Shown: in pieces, positions 13,508 to 27,051 of the stretch
Numbering within the stretch: position 1 is the stretch's first letter
How the letters are laid out: the number at the start of each line of letters is the position of its first letter
Assembly: GCF_006345805.1 (NCBI RefSeq)
Contig: NC_043024.1
Coordinates: 16,988,001-17,052,000, forward strand
DNA from: Octopus sinensis
Lineage: Eukaryota
DNA length: 64,000 nt
Direction: 5' to 3'
The notes under the pieces: generated by a model
Told to the model about the DNA's origin: nothing
The model's input: only the letters and a program-made list of their open reading frames with translations
The model's database searches: none
Program-made: the position numbers and the translations under genes

Positions 13508-13899
13508 CTTTTACTCTTTTACTTGCTTCAGTCATTTGACTGTGGCCATGCTGGAGCACCGCCTTTAGTCAAGCAAACTGAACCCTGGACTTATTCTCTG
13601 TAAGCCCAGTACTTATTCTATCAATATCTTTTGCCAAACTGCTAAGTTACGGGAAGGTAAAAACAACAGCATCGGTTGTCAAGCAATGTTGAGGGGACAA
13701 ACACAGACACACACACATACACATATACATATATACGACGGGCTTCTTTCAGTTTCCGTCTACCAGATCCACTCACAAGGGTTTGGTCGGCCTGTGGCCA
13801 TAGTAGAAGACACTTGCCGAAGGTACCACACAGTGGGACTGAACCCAGAACCATGTGGTTAGTAAGCAAACTACTTACCACACAGCCACTCCTACGCCT
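13508..13899 (-). mobile_element. SINE family A, full length
   Basis: Head, internal microsatellite and tail all present. Confidence 0.9.
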
Positions 13900-14764
13900 A
13901 TAAATGTCTTCTCTTTTCTTTTTCTTACTTGTCTCTCTCTTTCCATTTCTCTTTTGTCTCCTTCCACATCTTTGTCTCCATCATCTCCCAACATCATTGT
14001 CTTCTGTCTCCTTCATTTCTTATCTCCTTTAATCTATTTTCTCTCCCCAAGACCATCAAACCCAGTCAACCGATCACATAAATTCACTGATAAATCTAAT
14101 AAAGTCTATTAAAGTATTGTAAAAGGACAAAAATGTTGGATGATTTCCAACAAGGTTTACATTGGAACTGGGAAAAACACAGAATCACCCCTCCATGTCT
14201 GTCTGTCTACCTAAATGCCAGCTTCTGTGACTGTCTCTTTCTTTCTCTTTCTCTCCTTCTCTCTCTGTCTATCTCTTCTCTGTTTCTCTCTCTCCCCCTC
14301 TCTCGTTCTCTCTGTCTCTCTCTGCTCTGTCTGTCTCCCTTTCACCACTCTCTTTCATTCTCTTTTCAGTCTATTATATATATATATATATATAATAATA
14401 ATTATTATTTGAGGGAATAAAATCCAAACTTACAAGGAAAAAAAATTCAATTAGATGTCTTGCAAACAACTTGCACATGCAAGTGCTACCAGTTAAAAGC
14501 TCCGTATATCGGAAGCTAGCAAGTGTATGGGGTCATCAAATTCCACACAATATAATATATATAAAATATTAGGAAAAAAACCCACCTTTTATTAATTCAA
14601 AATGAATAATTAAATTACACCATCTAGAAAATTACATATAATAGGAAAGTTAAAATTAAAATAACAATTAAAAAGTAAAGATTAAGTAAATTACAAAAAT
14701 AATATAATGTATATAATAGGTAGAAAAACATACACACACACACACACACACATGCTTGTCTATA

Positions 14765-14935
14765 CATATATAGACACAAGTATGGTTGTGTGATAAGAAG
14801 TTTGCTTCCCAACCACATGGTCCCGGGTTCAGTTCCACTGTGTGGCACTTTGGGCAAGTGTGTTTTACTATATCCTTGGTCCGACCAAACTTTGTCAGTG
14901 GATTTGGTTGAGGGAAACTGAAAGAAGTCTATCAT
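14765..14935 (+). mobile_element. SINE family A, 5' half
   Basis: Family A head match. Confidence 0.8.
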
Positions 14936-15246
14936 ATATATACATATATATATAAATTAATAAAAACAACTGTTTGTAATATTACACCGCAAAGGAAAAT
15001 TATAGTCGTCAGCTAAACTTGTCTAAGGCTGTGTTATAACCTACATTGCTAGAAATAGGAGCTAAAATGCTTGAATTCTGCTACAAAGCACATACCATAT
15101 ACTCTGATATGGGCTGCAATTGCTCTGAACAGCAAACCGAGAATTCCTTAGACTGCCCAGCTAACTTTCAGCAATTTCTGTTGCCATCTTCAATAAGGCC
15201 AGCTCATTTGGTTGAATCCAGGCTAGCTTGCCTATCGGAGTATACA

Positions 15247-15650
15247 CTTTTACTCTTTTACTTGTTTCAGTCATTTGACTGTGGCCATGCTGGAGCACCA
15301 CCTTTAGTCGAGCAAATCGACCCCAGGACTTATTCTTTGTAAGCCCAGTACTTATTATATCAGTCTTTTTTGCCGAACTGCTAAGTTACGGGGACATCAA
15401 CACACCAGCATCGGTTGTCAAGCAATGTTGGGCGGACAAACACATGCAGACACACATGCACACTCACACACACATATAGATATATACGACAGGCTTCTTT
15501 CAGTTTCCATCTACCAAATCCACTCACAAGGCTTTGGTCGTTCTAATGCTATAGTAGAAGATACTTGCCCAAGGTGCCACGCAGTGGGACTGAACCTGGA
15601 ACCATGTGGTTGGTAAGCAAGCTACTTACCACACAGCCACTCCTGTGTCT
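15247..15650 (-). mobile_element. SINE family A, full length
   Basis: Head and tail match. Confidence 0.9.
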
Positions 15651-15849
15651 ATATATATATTCACCATAAAAATCTAGGGATGTTTTAACAGATCACTAAT
15701 GTGTATATAAAAATTAATAAAAACAGCTGTTTGCAACATTATACCGTAACTAAACTTGACTAACAGAGTCAAGTTTAGTTACAGTATATTGCTAGACATA
15801 GGAGCTAAAATGCTCCAATGCTGTTACAAAATCACATAGCACATACCAG

Positions 15850-16020
15850 TGTTGGTGTGTTTACATTCTCATAACTTAGCAGTTCAGCAACAGTGTCTGA
15901 TAGAATAAGTGTCAGATTTTTAAAACAAAATAAGTACTGGGGTTCATTTATTTTACTAAAACATCCCTCAGGGTGGTGCTCCAGCATGGCTGCAGTCTAA
16001 TATCTGAGACAAATAGAAGG
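15850..16020 (+). mobile_element. SINE family A, degraded 3' half
   Basis: gttggtgtgtttac...gatagaataagt...gtggtgctccagcatggc. Confidence 0.65.
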
Positions 16021-16059
16021 AAAAATAAAAGATACACACCCTCATACATAATACATGGA

Positions 16060-16510
16060 CACACATAAGCATAATTTCACTCATGTGTTCCACTTTAATG
16101 TCCACTTTTCCATGCTTACCTGGGTCAGACAAAAAACTTAGTTTGTAGCAGATTTTTTCCTATGCTCGGATGCTTTTCCTGTCACCAACCCTCAGTTATT
16201 TCCAAGCAAATTAATATTCCACTTAGTCTGTAAACAAGCCATGTGTGTCCAAGGAGGATTGTAAAAAAATGACACTGCGTATATGAATGGTGGCTTTTTA
16301 TTTACAGTGAATGAGCACTTGTGGAGACAAAGGGAGTACAAAGTTGTGCAGAGGCTTCTTCCAGTTGCTATCTCCTCAATTTCAGTCATTCAACATTGGT
16401 CAGCCCACAGCAATAATAGAAGACACCATTTGGCAGGGTCCATGCTGTAGGATTGAAGCCAAGACTATATTGTCTTGACGTTAACTTCTTAACCACATAA
16501 CTACATCTGC
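16060..16510 (-). mobile_element. Degraded SINE with A-like head and RTE-like tail
   Basis: Head remnant near 16440-16510; tail ggatgcttttcctgtcaccaaccc. Confidence 0.45.
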
Positions 16511-17158
16511 ACATGTGTGTATGTATGATGATGAAGATGATGATAAATATGATGATGATGATATATATATTTGAATATAAAATTCATCAAGTGCAGGATA
16601 TCACCAGCAAGTGAAAAATACGTAAACACATAACGAGAGACAAATATGGGAAAAAAATACCACAAGAAGTCTAATCTCTCCTCAGTTGGCGACTGTTAAT
16701 TACTCACTATTTTGAGCTTTCAACCACAAAATAGGAAAAATTCATTACACAGCAGCATCCAGAAATTTTAGAAATATAAAATTTCTGGAGAATTAGAGCT
16801 TTTAAGAAGAAAAATGACAGGGTGGATGTACAGAGTAAACAGTCGACGAAGACAAACAGTAAGGGCTGTTAGGCCAAGACGCATTGTGATGCATAAGGCC
16901 TGGGAGAAATTTTGAAAGGATATAGAATAAATAGAAGAGGAGGAAATAGTAGAAGAGAAAATAAAAAGAGAAAAATGTTGGGAGGCAAGAAAAAAATGAC
17001 ATCCACTTAAGTACATGTGGTGTCCAGAAAGGTGAGAGGTGAGAGAAAAATGGCCTGTAGTCAGGTGAGAACAAACAAGCAGAGGAGAAGGGAGGCAAGA
17101 GAGAGGATGAGGGTAAGAAACAAAGGGAGTGAGAAGGGAGAAATATATTTACATATAT

Positions 17159-17201
<43 letters not shown>

Positions 17202-17216
17202 AATATATATACCATG

Positions 17217-17612
17217 GATCGTAGGGCGACCTGCTGTGCTTGAAGAGATCTATTGAGTCAAGTACATCAACATCAAATAAAAATCAAATGGAAATTGTAG
17301 TTGTGATACCTGTGCCGGTGGCACGTATAAAGCACCATCCGAACGTGGCCGATGCCAGCGCCGCCTTGACCTGCTTCCGTGCTGGTGGCACATAAAAGTC
17401 ACCAACCGACCGTGGCCGTTGTCAGCCTCCCCTGGCACGTAAAAAGCACCCACTACACTCACGGAGTGGTTGGCATTGGGAAGGGCATCCAGCTGTAGAA
17501 ACACTGCCAGATCAGACTAGAGCCTGGTGCAGCCTCCTGGCTTCGCAGACCCCAGTCGAGCTGTCCAACCCATGCTAGCATGGAAAACGGACATTAAACG
17601 ATGATGATGATA
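17217..17612 (+). mobile_element. RTE LINE 3' UTR fragment (family C) with (GAT)n tail
   Basis: Shares aatggaaattg...gtgccggtggca with the 3' UTR of the 43-46 kb LINE; ends ggacattaaacgatgatgatg. Confidence 0.85.
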
Positions 17613-17629
17613 TATATATATATATATAG

Positions 17630-17880
17630 TTAATCCAAACATGAACAAAGAGAAAATACAAGAACGCAAGGACGTGGAATAAGTATAGTGTTATTGGATG
17701 CTCAGGAAAGGAAAGAAAGAAGGAGGATTTAACATTTCAAGCGGAGCTCTTCATCAGAAATATAGCAAAAAGGAAAAAGTTCTAGAAAGGGAAGATAGAG
17801 AAAGAAAATCACCAACGATACACACGCAGTCACATATTGAAACAACTGGAAGGGAATGGGTGAAGAAAAAGTTCTATATA
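17630..17880 (-). mobile_element. Family E element with minimal hammerhead motif (probable Penelope-like terminal repeat)
   Basis: Minus strand ATTT-CTGATGA-A-GAGC-TCC-GCTT-GAAA-TG-TT-AAAT at 17727-17761; 3' end ggattaac(TA)n shared with the 49.5-kb copy. Confidence 0.7.
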
Positions 17881-18399
17881 TATGTATGTATGTATGAATA
17901 TATAGATATATACGTTTTTTTTATTAATAATTAACTGAAATTAAAGTAATTGAGAGGCCAAGAGTTTTGTGTATTAGCATGTGTGTGTCTGTGTAAGTGT
18001 CTATGTATATCTCAGTATACACACACAGACACATATATATATATATATAAGCACTCACTCACATAAATGCACATATTTTTCAAAGTGTATGTAGTGTATA
18101 TATACGTGTATTGGTATCTCCCATAAACTTCTATTGTTCAGCTCTTAATGTTTCCATTGTCCCAAGCCTTGTCCCTGCGCCACCGCAGCAGCCCAACCCA
18201 ACAGATCATGTCCTTTTTGTTTCGCAGCAATAAAGATGTCAGGCTTTCCACAGTCTGACATCTCCAATGTGAGATGTGAGGCACGAGTTAGATAAACACG
18301 TTACAACCACTCTGGTTTGGCATTTAAGGTTAGAGGATACATTGGACAACATGAAGTATGAGGTGCTGGAAGAAAGACATGAGATATACTCACATACAC

Positions 18400-18634
18400 A
18401 CATACACACACGCACATATATATACACATACATATATAGACATATACACACACACATATATATATATGTATGTGTATGTATATATATATGTGTGTGTATA
18501 TGTATATATATGTATATATGTGTGTATATGTGTATATATGTATATATATGTATATATGTATATATATGTATATATGTATATATATGTATATATGTATATA
18601 TATATATATATGTGTATATATGTATATATATATA

Positions 18635-18665
<31 letters not shown>

Positions 18666-18672
18666 GTGTGTG

Positions 18673-18704
<32 letters not shown>

Positions 18705-18780
18705 TATGTATATATATATATGTATATATGTATGTAAATATGTATATGTGTGTATATATATATATATATTATATATATAT

Positions 18781-18813
<33 letters not shown>

Positions 18814-18846
18814 GTGTGTTTTATATATATATATATATATACACAC

Positions 18847-18889
<43 letters not shown>

Positions 18890-18897
18890 GGTATATA

Positions 18898-18949
<52 letters not shown>

Positions 18950-19019
18950 ATATATATATACATATACATATATACATATATATATGTGTATGTACATGTA
19001 TGTATATTATGTATATATA

Positions 19020-19092
<73 letters not shown>

Positions 19093-19150
19093 GTGTATGT
19101 ACATGTATGTATGTATATATATGTGGTATATATATATATGGTGGTGTGGG
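18400..19150. repeat. (TA)/(CA)/(TATG) compound microsatellite
   Basis: Directly visible. Confidence 0.95.
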
Positions 19151-19390
19151 GATATGGAAAAGAATTTTGATGGTGTGTGGCCATTGTGTAGTGGTGTTTT
19201 ATCAGGTTTGGAGATATATGTGTGTGTATGCTTGTATGTATACAGATATGAATATATATGTGTGTATTTCTAGGTGAGCTTATGATTGTGTGTGTGTGTG
19301 CACGTGTGTGTGTATGTGTGCACCCATACCTATATATTTACTATTACTTGTATCTGGTTGGTGCTAATGCCTTCAATCAATTTCATATGA

Positions 19391-19437
<47 letters not shown>

Positions 19438-19573
19438 GAGGGCATTATACATACATGCCAGAGGGCATTATACATACATGCCACACGCTAAGAGGGACAA
19501 TTAGTCATTTCTACCAAAAATTTTACTAATCCCACCGAATGCAATTTTTCAAAGTAAGACATTTAAAAAATAT

Positions 19574-19621
19574 AGACCTGTATCACAGTGATTTCATACT
19601 TACGTATTCATCAGCAGGCCT
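19574..19621 (-). ncRNA. Type I hammerhead ribozyme, identical mirror copy
   Basis: Exact reverse complement of 19761-19808. Confidence 0.85.
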
Positions 19622-19760
19622 GGAGGTATCATAAATAAACGACCCTGCCTCGCTTAAGCCGATCAGCTAACTGATCAACATCAACGAAGCACATGGGTGA
19701 GTTTACATATATTACATCCGGTAAATGGCAGACTTTTACGAATTGCATTATGATACCTCC

Positions 19761-19808
19761 AGGCCTGCTGATGAATACGTAAGTATGAAATCACTGTGAT
19801 ACAGGTCT
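19761..19808 (+). ncRNA. Type I hammerhead ribozyme, canonical core
   Basis: Stem I AGGCCTG/CAGGTCT (7 bp, one G-U); CTGATGA; stem II ATAC-GTAA-GTAT; GAAA; stem III ATCAC-T-GTGAT; predicted cleavage AUA^ after 19801. Confidence 0.85.
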
Positions 19809-20114
19809 ATATTTTTTAAATGTCTTACTTTGAAAAATTGCATTCAGTGGGATTAGTAAAATTTTTGGTAGAAATGACTAATTGTCCCTCTTAGCGTGTG
19901 GCATGTATGTATAATGCCCTCTGGCATGTATGTATAATGCCGTCTGGCATGTATGTATAATGCCCTCTATATATAAATTAATATGTTCAATAAGAAATAA
20001 TTATTTTCGAAATTTTTCTCTTATGAGGTTTTTCACGCTATCTACCTGACAATTTTTTGTTAAGTTTTCCTTATTAAGTAGTTGTCCTTAATTGCTATAT
20101 ATATATATATATAT

Positions 20115-20280
20115 GATGGGCTTCCTTTAGTTTCCATCTACCAAATTCACTTGCAAAGCTTTGGTTCATCCAAGAATATAGAAGATGATGCTTGCGCAAA
20201 ATGCATACAGTGAGACTGAACCTGAAACCATCTGGTTGGGATGTAAGCTTCTTACCACACAGCCACGTCTGCACCTATAA
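20115..20280 (-). mobile_element. SINE family A, 5' half
   Basis: Reverse-complement head match. Confidence 0.7.
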
Positions 20281-21141
20281 AGACGTTTTCATATGCATCG
20301 GCCACGATATAATTCACTGAGAATATTTGCTGTACAGAAGCAAAGTTGTAAATACAAAATATATCTGAAGTCTTCTTTACATATAAAACCAATTCTGCCT
20401 ACCATCCTCTAAGACATACATATCATCATCATCACCACCACAACCACCATCATCAGCATCATTGTTGTCATCCCTATCATCACCACTACCACCTACACTA
20501 CCACTCTACCACCATCATATACCATCCCCCAACATGTATACAATGCCACCATTCCTCCACCCCACCCCATATACACTCAATATGTCTGTCCAATTCTTGT
20601 CATTTCCCAACCACATAATTCTTGTTTTTTTTCCATTCTTCCGCTTTTTACCTTAATTTTCCCATCCATTAACTATGTCTCCCTCTCTCTCTCTCACACA
20701 CACACACTCTCTCTCTCTCTTTCTCTTACACTGTCCTTCCTTGTGTGCATACTCACACATGTACACACATATATACATACATGCATATGTAGATATCATC
20801 ATACACACTCACAAATAAATACATACATATATATGAACATGTATATAAAATTAATCGTCCAAAATATTCCAGTCTTTTCCTCTCTTTGATGCTGCCTAAT
20901 GACATTTTCTTAGTTTTGCCATTCTTTGTCTTCCATCATGTAGAATTCTACATCCACCTTTCATTCTGTATACACACAAATGTGCTTATGTCTGTATATG
21001 AATATATAGTCATATGTGTATGTATATATGTGAGTATACACATACATACATACGTGCATACATACATACATACATACACATACATACATACATACATACA
21101 TACACACATATATTCACAGTTTTAAAACTATTTTTTTCTCT

Positions 21142-21189
<48 letters not shown>

Positions 21190-21361
21190 GGGTGTATCTA
21201 TATATATGTGGGGTGGATAGACACAAGCAGGGTTGTTTGATTAAGAAGTTCACTTTGCAACCACATTGTTTTAAGTTCACTCTCACTGAGAGGCACCTTT
21301 GGTAGGTGTCTTCTAGAATAGCCTCGAACTAAGGGACTGACCACATATATGATACACACAC

Positions 21362-21417
<56 letters not shown>

Positions 21418-21494
21418 GTATGTAGATATAAGTAGATATAGATAGATAGACAGACAGTCATATGTATGTATGTATATAAGGCACAGATAAATAT

Positions 21495-21692
21495 GTGTCC
21501 ATATTGCAGAAAGTACTCCTTCCAATCTTTTCCAGTGGTGAAATGATTAAAAAAGACTATTTACTTATGGAAGATGGGGCTCCTTGTCACACGACTGAAA
21601 TGACCCAAGATTTGTTGGATAAGAATGGCATTAAAAACTTTCCATGGCCAAACCAGTCACCAGATATGAACCCTATCGAACACTTCTGGGAC
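21495..21692 (+). pseudogene. Tc1 transposase DD34E fragment
   Basis: LLMEDGAPCHT...WPNQSPDMNPIEHFWD with 34 residues counted between D and E; truncated by a SINE at about 21695. Confidence 0.85.
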
Positions 21693-21694
21693 AA

Positions 21695-21809
21695 CCAACC
21701 ACATGGTCCCAGGTTTAGTCCCACTGCATGGCACCATGTAGCTTCTACTATCACCTTGAACTGACTAAAGCCTTGTGAGTGGATTTGGTAGACAGAAACT
21801 GAAAGAATC

Positions 21810-21873
<64 letters not shown>

Positions 21874-22080
21874 ACATATTTGTGTGTCCTCCCACCATCT
21901 GTTGAGAACTGATGTTGGTATTTTTATGTCCCCCATAACTTGGTGGCTCAGCAAAAGAGACCGATAGAATAAGTATTAGGCTTACAAAGAATAAATTCTG
22001 GGGTAGATGTGTTTGACTAAAGATTGTGCTCCAGCATGGCCACAGTCAACTGACTGAAACAAGTAAAAGAATAAAAGAAT
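21695..22080 (+). mobile_element. SINE family A (5'-clipped)
   Basis: Head remnant, (TA)n/(TG)n and complete tail. Confidence 0.85.
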
Positions 22081-22239
22081 ATATATATACAGAGACATGC
22101 CAAAAGTAAATAGGCACTCTTATAATCATCAAAATGTATTTAAATCTTAAATTATACATTTACATTATTTATTAGTGGTTATAATGTTAATATTTAATAT
22201 TTAGTTGACAAATCCTTTGCATTTTTCAATGCAAGGACC

Positions 22240-22365
22240 CACACACCCTTACTCTAAAATATGTAACCTCTGCCTTGAAGAGACAATCATTGTAAGATTA
22301 TGTAAGGATAAATTAATAAACAAACACTTGGAGATAATCCTCACATGCAACCGCATCAGCCCTAG
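22240..22365 (+). pseudogene. Penelope-like element GIY-YIG-region C-terminal fragment
   Basis: PYSKICNLCLEETII...LINKHLEIILTCNR resembles the CxLCLxEK...LNKRSE..SKCRH terminus of Penelope-like ORFs. Confidence 0.6.
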
Positions 22366-22734
22366 AAGGATGAAATGTGACTTTATTGGTATTTGAACAC
22401 AGGAACGCAAAATGTTAAAACATTTCCTGTTAGACACTTTTTAGAAGCAGTTAATTCTTATATAGTTGTTAATTCTTAGCTGTTACTATTTATTTTTTCT
22501 TTAGCTGTTAATCACAATCTGTTAAATCTTAGCAGTTAATTTTCAATTATTAATTCTTAACTATAAAATATTAGCTAATAGCTGTTAGTAATTAACAGTT
22601 ATTTATTCATTATTAGTTGCTAATTGTTAGCAGTTAACTTTTTTAAAGATTGCAAGGATATTTGGCTGCTTTTATTAGCAGGTCAAATAATGACCTGTGG
22701 ACTCATTCTCAGAAGTATTGGTATAATTACCATC

Positions 22735-23335
22735 AATTAAGGCGGTCAAGTGGCAGAATCATGAGCACACTGGGCAAAATACTTAGCTGTATTTCATCTG
22801 TCTTTACGTTCTGAGTTCAAATTATGCCGAGGCTGACTTTGCCGTTCATCCTTTCAGGGTTGATAAATTAAGTACCAGTTGCAGACTGGGTTCGCTCTAA
22901 TTGACTGGCTCCCTCTCCAAAAATTTCGGGCCTTGCGCCTAGAGGAGGAAAGAATATTTTAAGACAGCGAGCTAGCGGTATTTCGTCTGTCTTTACATTC
23001 TGAGTTCAAATTCCACCGAGGTCGACTTCACCTTTCATCCTTTCGGGATCAATAAATTAAGTACCAGTTGTGGACTGGGGTTCATCTAATCGACTAGTCT
23101 CCTCCTCAAAAATTTCGGGCCTTGTGCCTTGAGTAGAAAAAAATTGTTAGCATACTGAGGAAATGCTTAGTTGCATTTTGACCATTCTGAGTTCAAATTT
23201 CACCAACGTCAACTTTGCTTTCATCTTTTGGTGGGGGGCAGGGGTCAATAGAATAAGTACCAGTTAGATACTGGGGGTTGATGTAATCTACCCCCCCCCC
23301 CAATTACTGACCTTGAGGCAAAATTTGAAACCAAT
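22735..23335 (+). mobile_element. Three tandem SINE family B copies
   Basis: Cores at about 22735-22960, 22965-23130 and 23145-23335. Confidence 0.85.
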
Positions 23336-23819
23336 ATTAGCATTAATCACAAAGTGAACCCTAATCCAACAAACCCAATGTCATAGGTGTTCCAGCCATG
23401 ACCATCTCATATACTTTATTGAAAATATGTGTTTCTGGGACTCACATTATACCCTAAGGGAATTAAATGTCACTTGGTGATGGTTGCTGTTTATAGCGGG
23501 TAAAATAAGATAGAGGCACCATTCATTGTATCATTTTGTGCTCTTTTTAATGAGATGACAAGGTATGGTTTAAGGGAGGATTGGCTGTTGTTTCTAACAA
23601 AGTAAGTAACCATATAGAGACATCTCCTCACTACCTCATTAATTTCTACAAAAAATATAAAACTGTGTTTTTTTTTAGCAACTTGGAAACTCTAAGGAGT
23701 TCTGGAATCTCAGAGTGTCACCAACTGAAGCTGGATGATTAGTAAATAACAATGAAGATGGTGACAACAACAACACATCAAATACAGAATAGATAACACA
23801 TGGGAAAGTCAGTCAATGT

Positions 23820-24420
23820 ACACCACTATCCCAGAAATAATATAAGAGATGTTATGACAATATAGCAAGGATTGTCCATTGGACACTTTGCAACAAGTAT
23901 AGTCTTGACAGAGCAAAAAAGTGGTATGAACATAAACTCAAAGGCATCATTGAAAATGATAATGCAAAGATCCTATGGGATTTTAAGATTCAGTGTGACC
24001 ATGAGATAGAGAATAGAAAACCATATATAGTGTTTATTGAGAAAGAAAGCAAAGGATGCCGAATCATAGATATAGCATGCCCAGCTGACAACAAGGTATG
24101 AGATAAGGAAGAAAAGAAAGTTGATAGATATGACAGGTTAGCTTGGGAATTTAAGCAGTTGTGGTCTCTGAAAAAGGTGGTAGTAGTACCAATAATTGTT
24201 GGAGCCCTGGGAACAGTGAGTAAAAATCTTGAGAAGTACATTGGACAAATAGGGGCTGCAATAAGGGTGGAGCAGAAAACAGCATTGCTTGGAACCACTC
24301 GAATACTCTGGAAAGTACTTGAAAAACATGAGGTGTTACCTTAGTTCACTGGTAGTGAACAGGTACCACCATAGTACATCTCCAGTATTAGAAGCTGTTC
24401 AAAGGCAATAATAATAATAA
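23820..24420 (+). mobile_element. R4/Dong-like non-LTR retrotransposon 3' fragment (RLE domain)
   Basis: DNIARIVHWTLC...WYEH...ENDNAKILWDFKIQCD...IIDIACP...VVPIIVGALG...QKTALLGT.RIL; (AAT)n tail. Confidence 0.88.
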
Positions 24421-24429
24421 CAACTCCAT

Positions 24430-24649
24430 TCTATTGAAGGCACAAGGTCTCAAATTTGTGGGGAGGGGACTAGTTGATTAAATTGACCGCCCCCCACACA
24501 CAGTACTTGACTGGTACTTAATTTATCGACCCTGAAAGGATGAAAGGCAAAGTCAACCTTGGCAGAATTTGAACTCAGAACATAAAGACTGATAAAATAA
24601 TGCTAAACTCTTCACCCAGTGTGATAACAATTCTGCTACTTCGTCACCC

Positions 24650-24650
<1 letters not shown>
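24430..24650 (-). mobile_element. SINE family B
   Basis: Reverse-complement core match. Confidence 0.8.
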
Positions 24651-24683
<33 letters not shown>

Positions 24684-24795
24684 TATAAAAATAATAATAA
24701 TGATGATGATGATGCTGATGATGATGATGATGAATGATGATGATGATGATGATGATATGATGATGATGATTGATGATTGATGATGATGATGATGA

Positions 24796-24874
<79 letters not shown>

Positions 24875-24889
24875 GATGATGATGATGAT

Positions 24890-24934
<45 letters not shown>

Positions 24935-25057
24935 GATGATGATGATGAGATGATGATGATGATGATGATGTGATGATGATGAGTGATGATGATGATGATG
25001 ATGAGATGATGATGATGTGATGATGATGATGATGATGATGATAATGATGATGATGAT

Positions 25058-25102
<45 letters not shown>

Positions 25103-25120
25103 TGATGATGATGATGATGA

Positions 25121-25187
<67 letters not shown>
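24651..25187. repeat. (AAT)n followed by ~480 bp of (GAT)n
   Basis: Directly visible. Confidence 0.97.
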
Positions 25188-25190
<3 letters not shown>

Positions 25191-26280
25191 ATTACATTTT
25201 ATTAATTTATTTCCAACATAAATCACCTAATCACAGAAAAGTGATACACAGATGTATAGATGTATTGATACACACTCACTCACACACACACACACACACA
25301 GCAACACATGCTTGATGCTAGTATGCAAAACTGTTGCATAAATAGCATAAAATGTAAACATGGGACTCTATTTATATTTATAAGAACAGTATTAAAAAAT
25401 GTCCCATGCCTCTGTGTGTGTGTGTACATGCATTTGTGTAGGCACATGTGAGCATGCATGCATGTATGTGTGCATTCATATATATTTATACATATATATA
25501 TATGCATAACCATATGTTCATGTATATATATATATATATTTACATGTGTGTATGTGTACATATATGTATATATATGTATATATATATATATATATAAATA
25601 CGTACATACATATTACATGTATGTATGTATATATGTATATATATGTATATAAATACGTACATACATATTACATGTATGTATGTATATATATATATGTACA
25701 CACATACACATATACATATATATATGTCAAATATGTATAATCATACATTCACATACATATTTGTTTGTGTATATGCATGTATACCTGACAAATCCCGATT
25801 TAAAAGGATTAATTAAAGCACTCAAAAGAGGGAAAATGAAAGACAAACACACAAGAAACCAAAGAGGAAATGATGTGATGTTTGTCCCAGAACCTTTAAA
25901 AGTACATGTGATCTGAGGGGATGCGGGTGTTATTAGTGGTAGGGATGGATGTGGTGGTGATGGTTTTATTGCTTGAGGTTGTTGTTGCTGTTGCTGTTGT
26001 CAAGGTAGAAATTTGCAGAATATGATAGTGAGATAGAAATATATCACATTTGATGTGTGTGGGTGTGTGCGTGTGACTGTGTGTGCATGTGTGTATCCAT
26101 CCATCCATCCCTCCATCTGTACGTATGTATGTATTGTTGAATGCATGTATGCATACAAGTGAGTGTTTGTATGCAAATATTTGTATTTGTGCTTACACTC
26201 AGTTTGCACATTCACATATTATCCGTGCATATTTGTACATTTATGTATTGATATACCTTTCATTATTCATGTATATGTAT

Positions 26281-26328
<48 letters not shown>

Positions 26329-26703
26329 TATATAAATATATGTGTATATAAATATATGTGTGTGTGTGTCTGTGTATATAAATGTATATATACATGTATA
26401 TTATTTATTATTATATAATTATATATATCCATATGTATGTGTGTATATATATGTGTGTATGTACATGTGTATATGTATATTGAATTAGAAAGTGGGAATA
26501 AAAGAATTTACGAAACGAAAAAAAAAACGAAGGGAAAGAAGTTGAGAAATGAATTAAAAGAGAAGAAAATTGAGCAAGAAAGGGAGGAGATGATATTATT
26601 ACTACCACCACCCACCACTGTATAAAATCAATAAGGGAAAAGAGAAGCTAAAGAGATTTGAAAATGTAATAAGTTAATACAAAGATAGTCAGTTAAATAT
26701 ATA

Positions 26704-26760
<57 letters not shown>

Positions 26761-27051
26761 TGTATGTATGTATGTATGTATATGTATGGGCACACACACA
26801 CACTCATGCATGTAGATGTGTGTATAGTAAACTATAGATGTACAGATACATATATGTGTGTGTCATAGTTATGTGTTGGTATCCTTGCTTCTATTTAATC
26901 TGTGCATATAGTCATGAGAATATCTTCGTGCATATTAATTTGCATACATATTGTTCGTATGTATTAGCTCATACAGATTTATATGTATGTACGCATGCAT
27001 CTGTGCGTGTATAAGTGTATTTTCATTCATACATATGTGTATGCATATACC

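Larger units (their letters stand above)
19427..19978. mobile_element. Fold-back element with near-perfect ~200-bp inverted arms, each carrying a hammerhead ribozyme
   Basis: Arms 19438-19634 and 19748-19944 (one mismatch seen); 113-bp spacer; 23-bp terminal repeats (2 left, 3 right); TA-rich flanks. Confidence 0.9.

Noticed and set aside
19438-19967. Sola-type DNA MITE interpretation (GAG termini, TA flanks)
   Set aside because: Not excluded, but disfavoured: the arms carry complete HHRs, the terminal repeat number is unequal, and two other HHR fold-backs share the architecture.
24636-25315. Poly-S/H/I and poly-M ORFs
   Set aside because: They are translations of the (GAT)n microsatellite.
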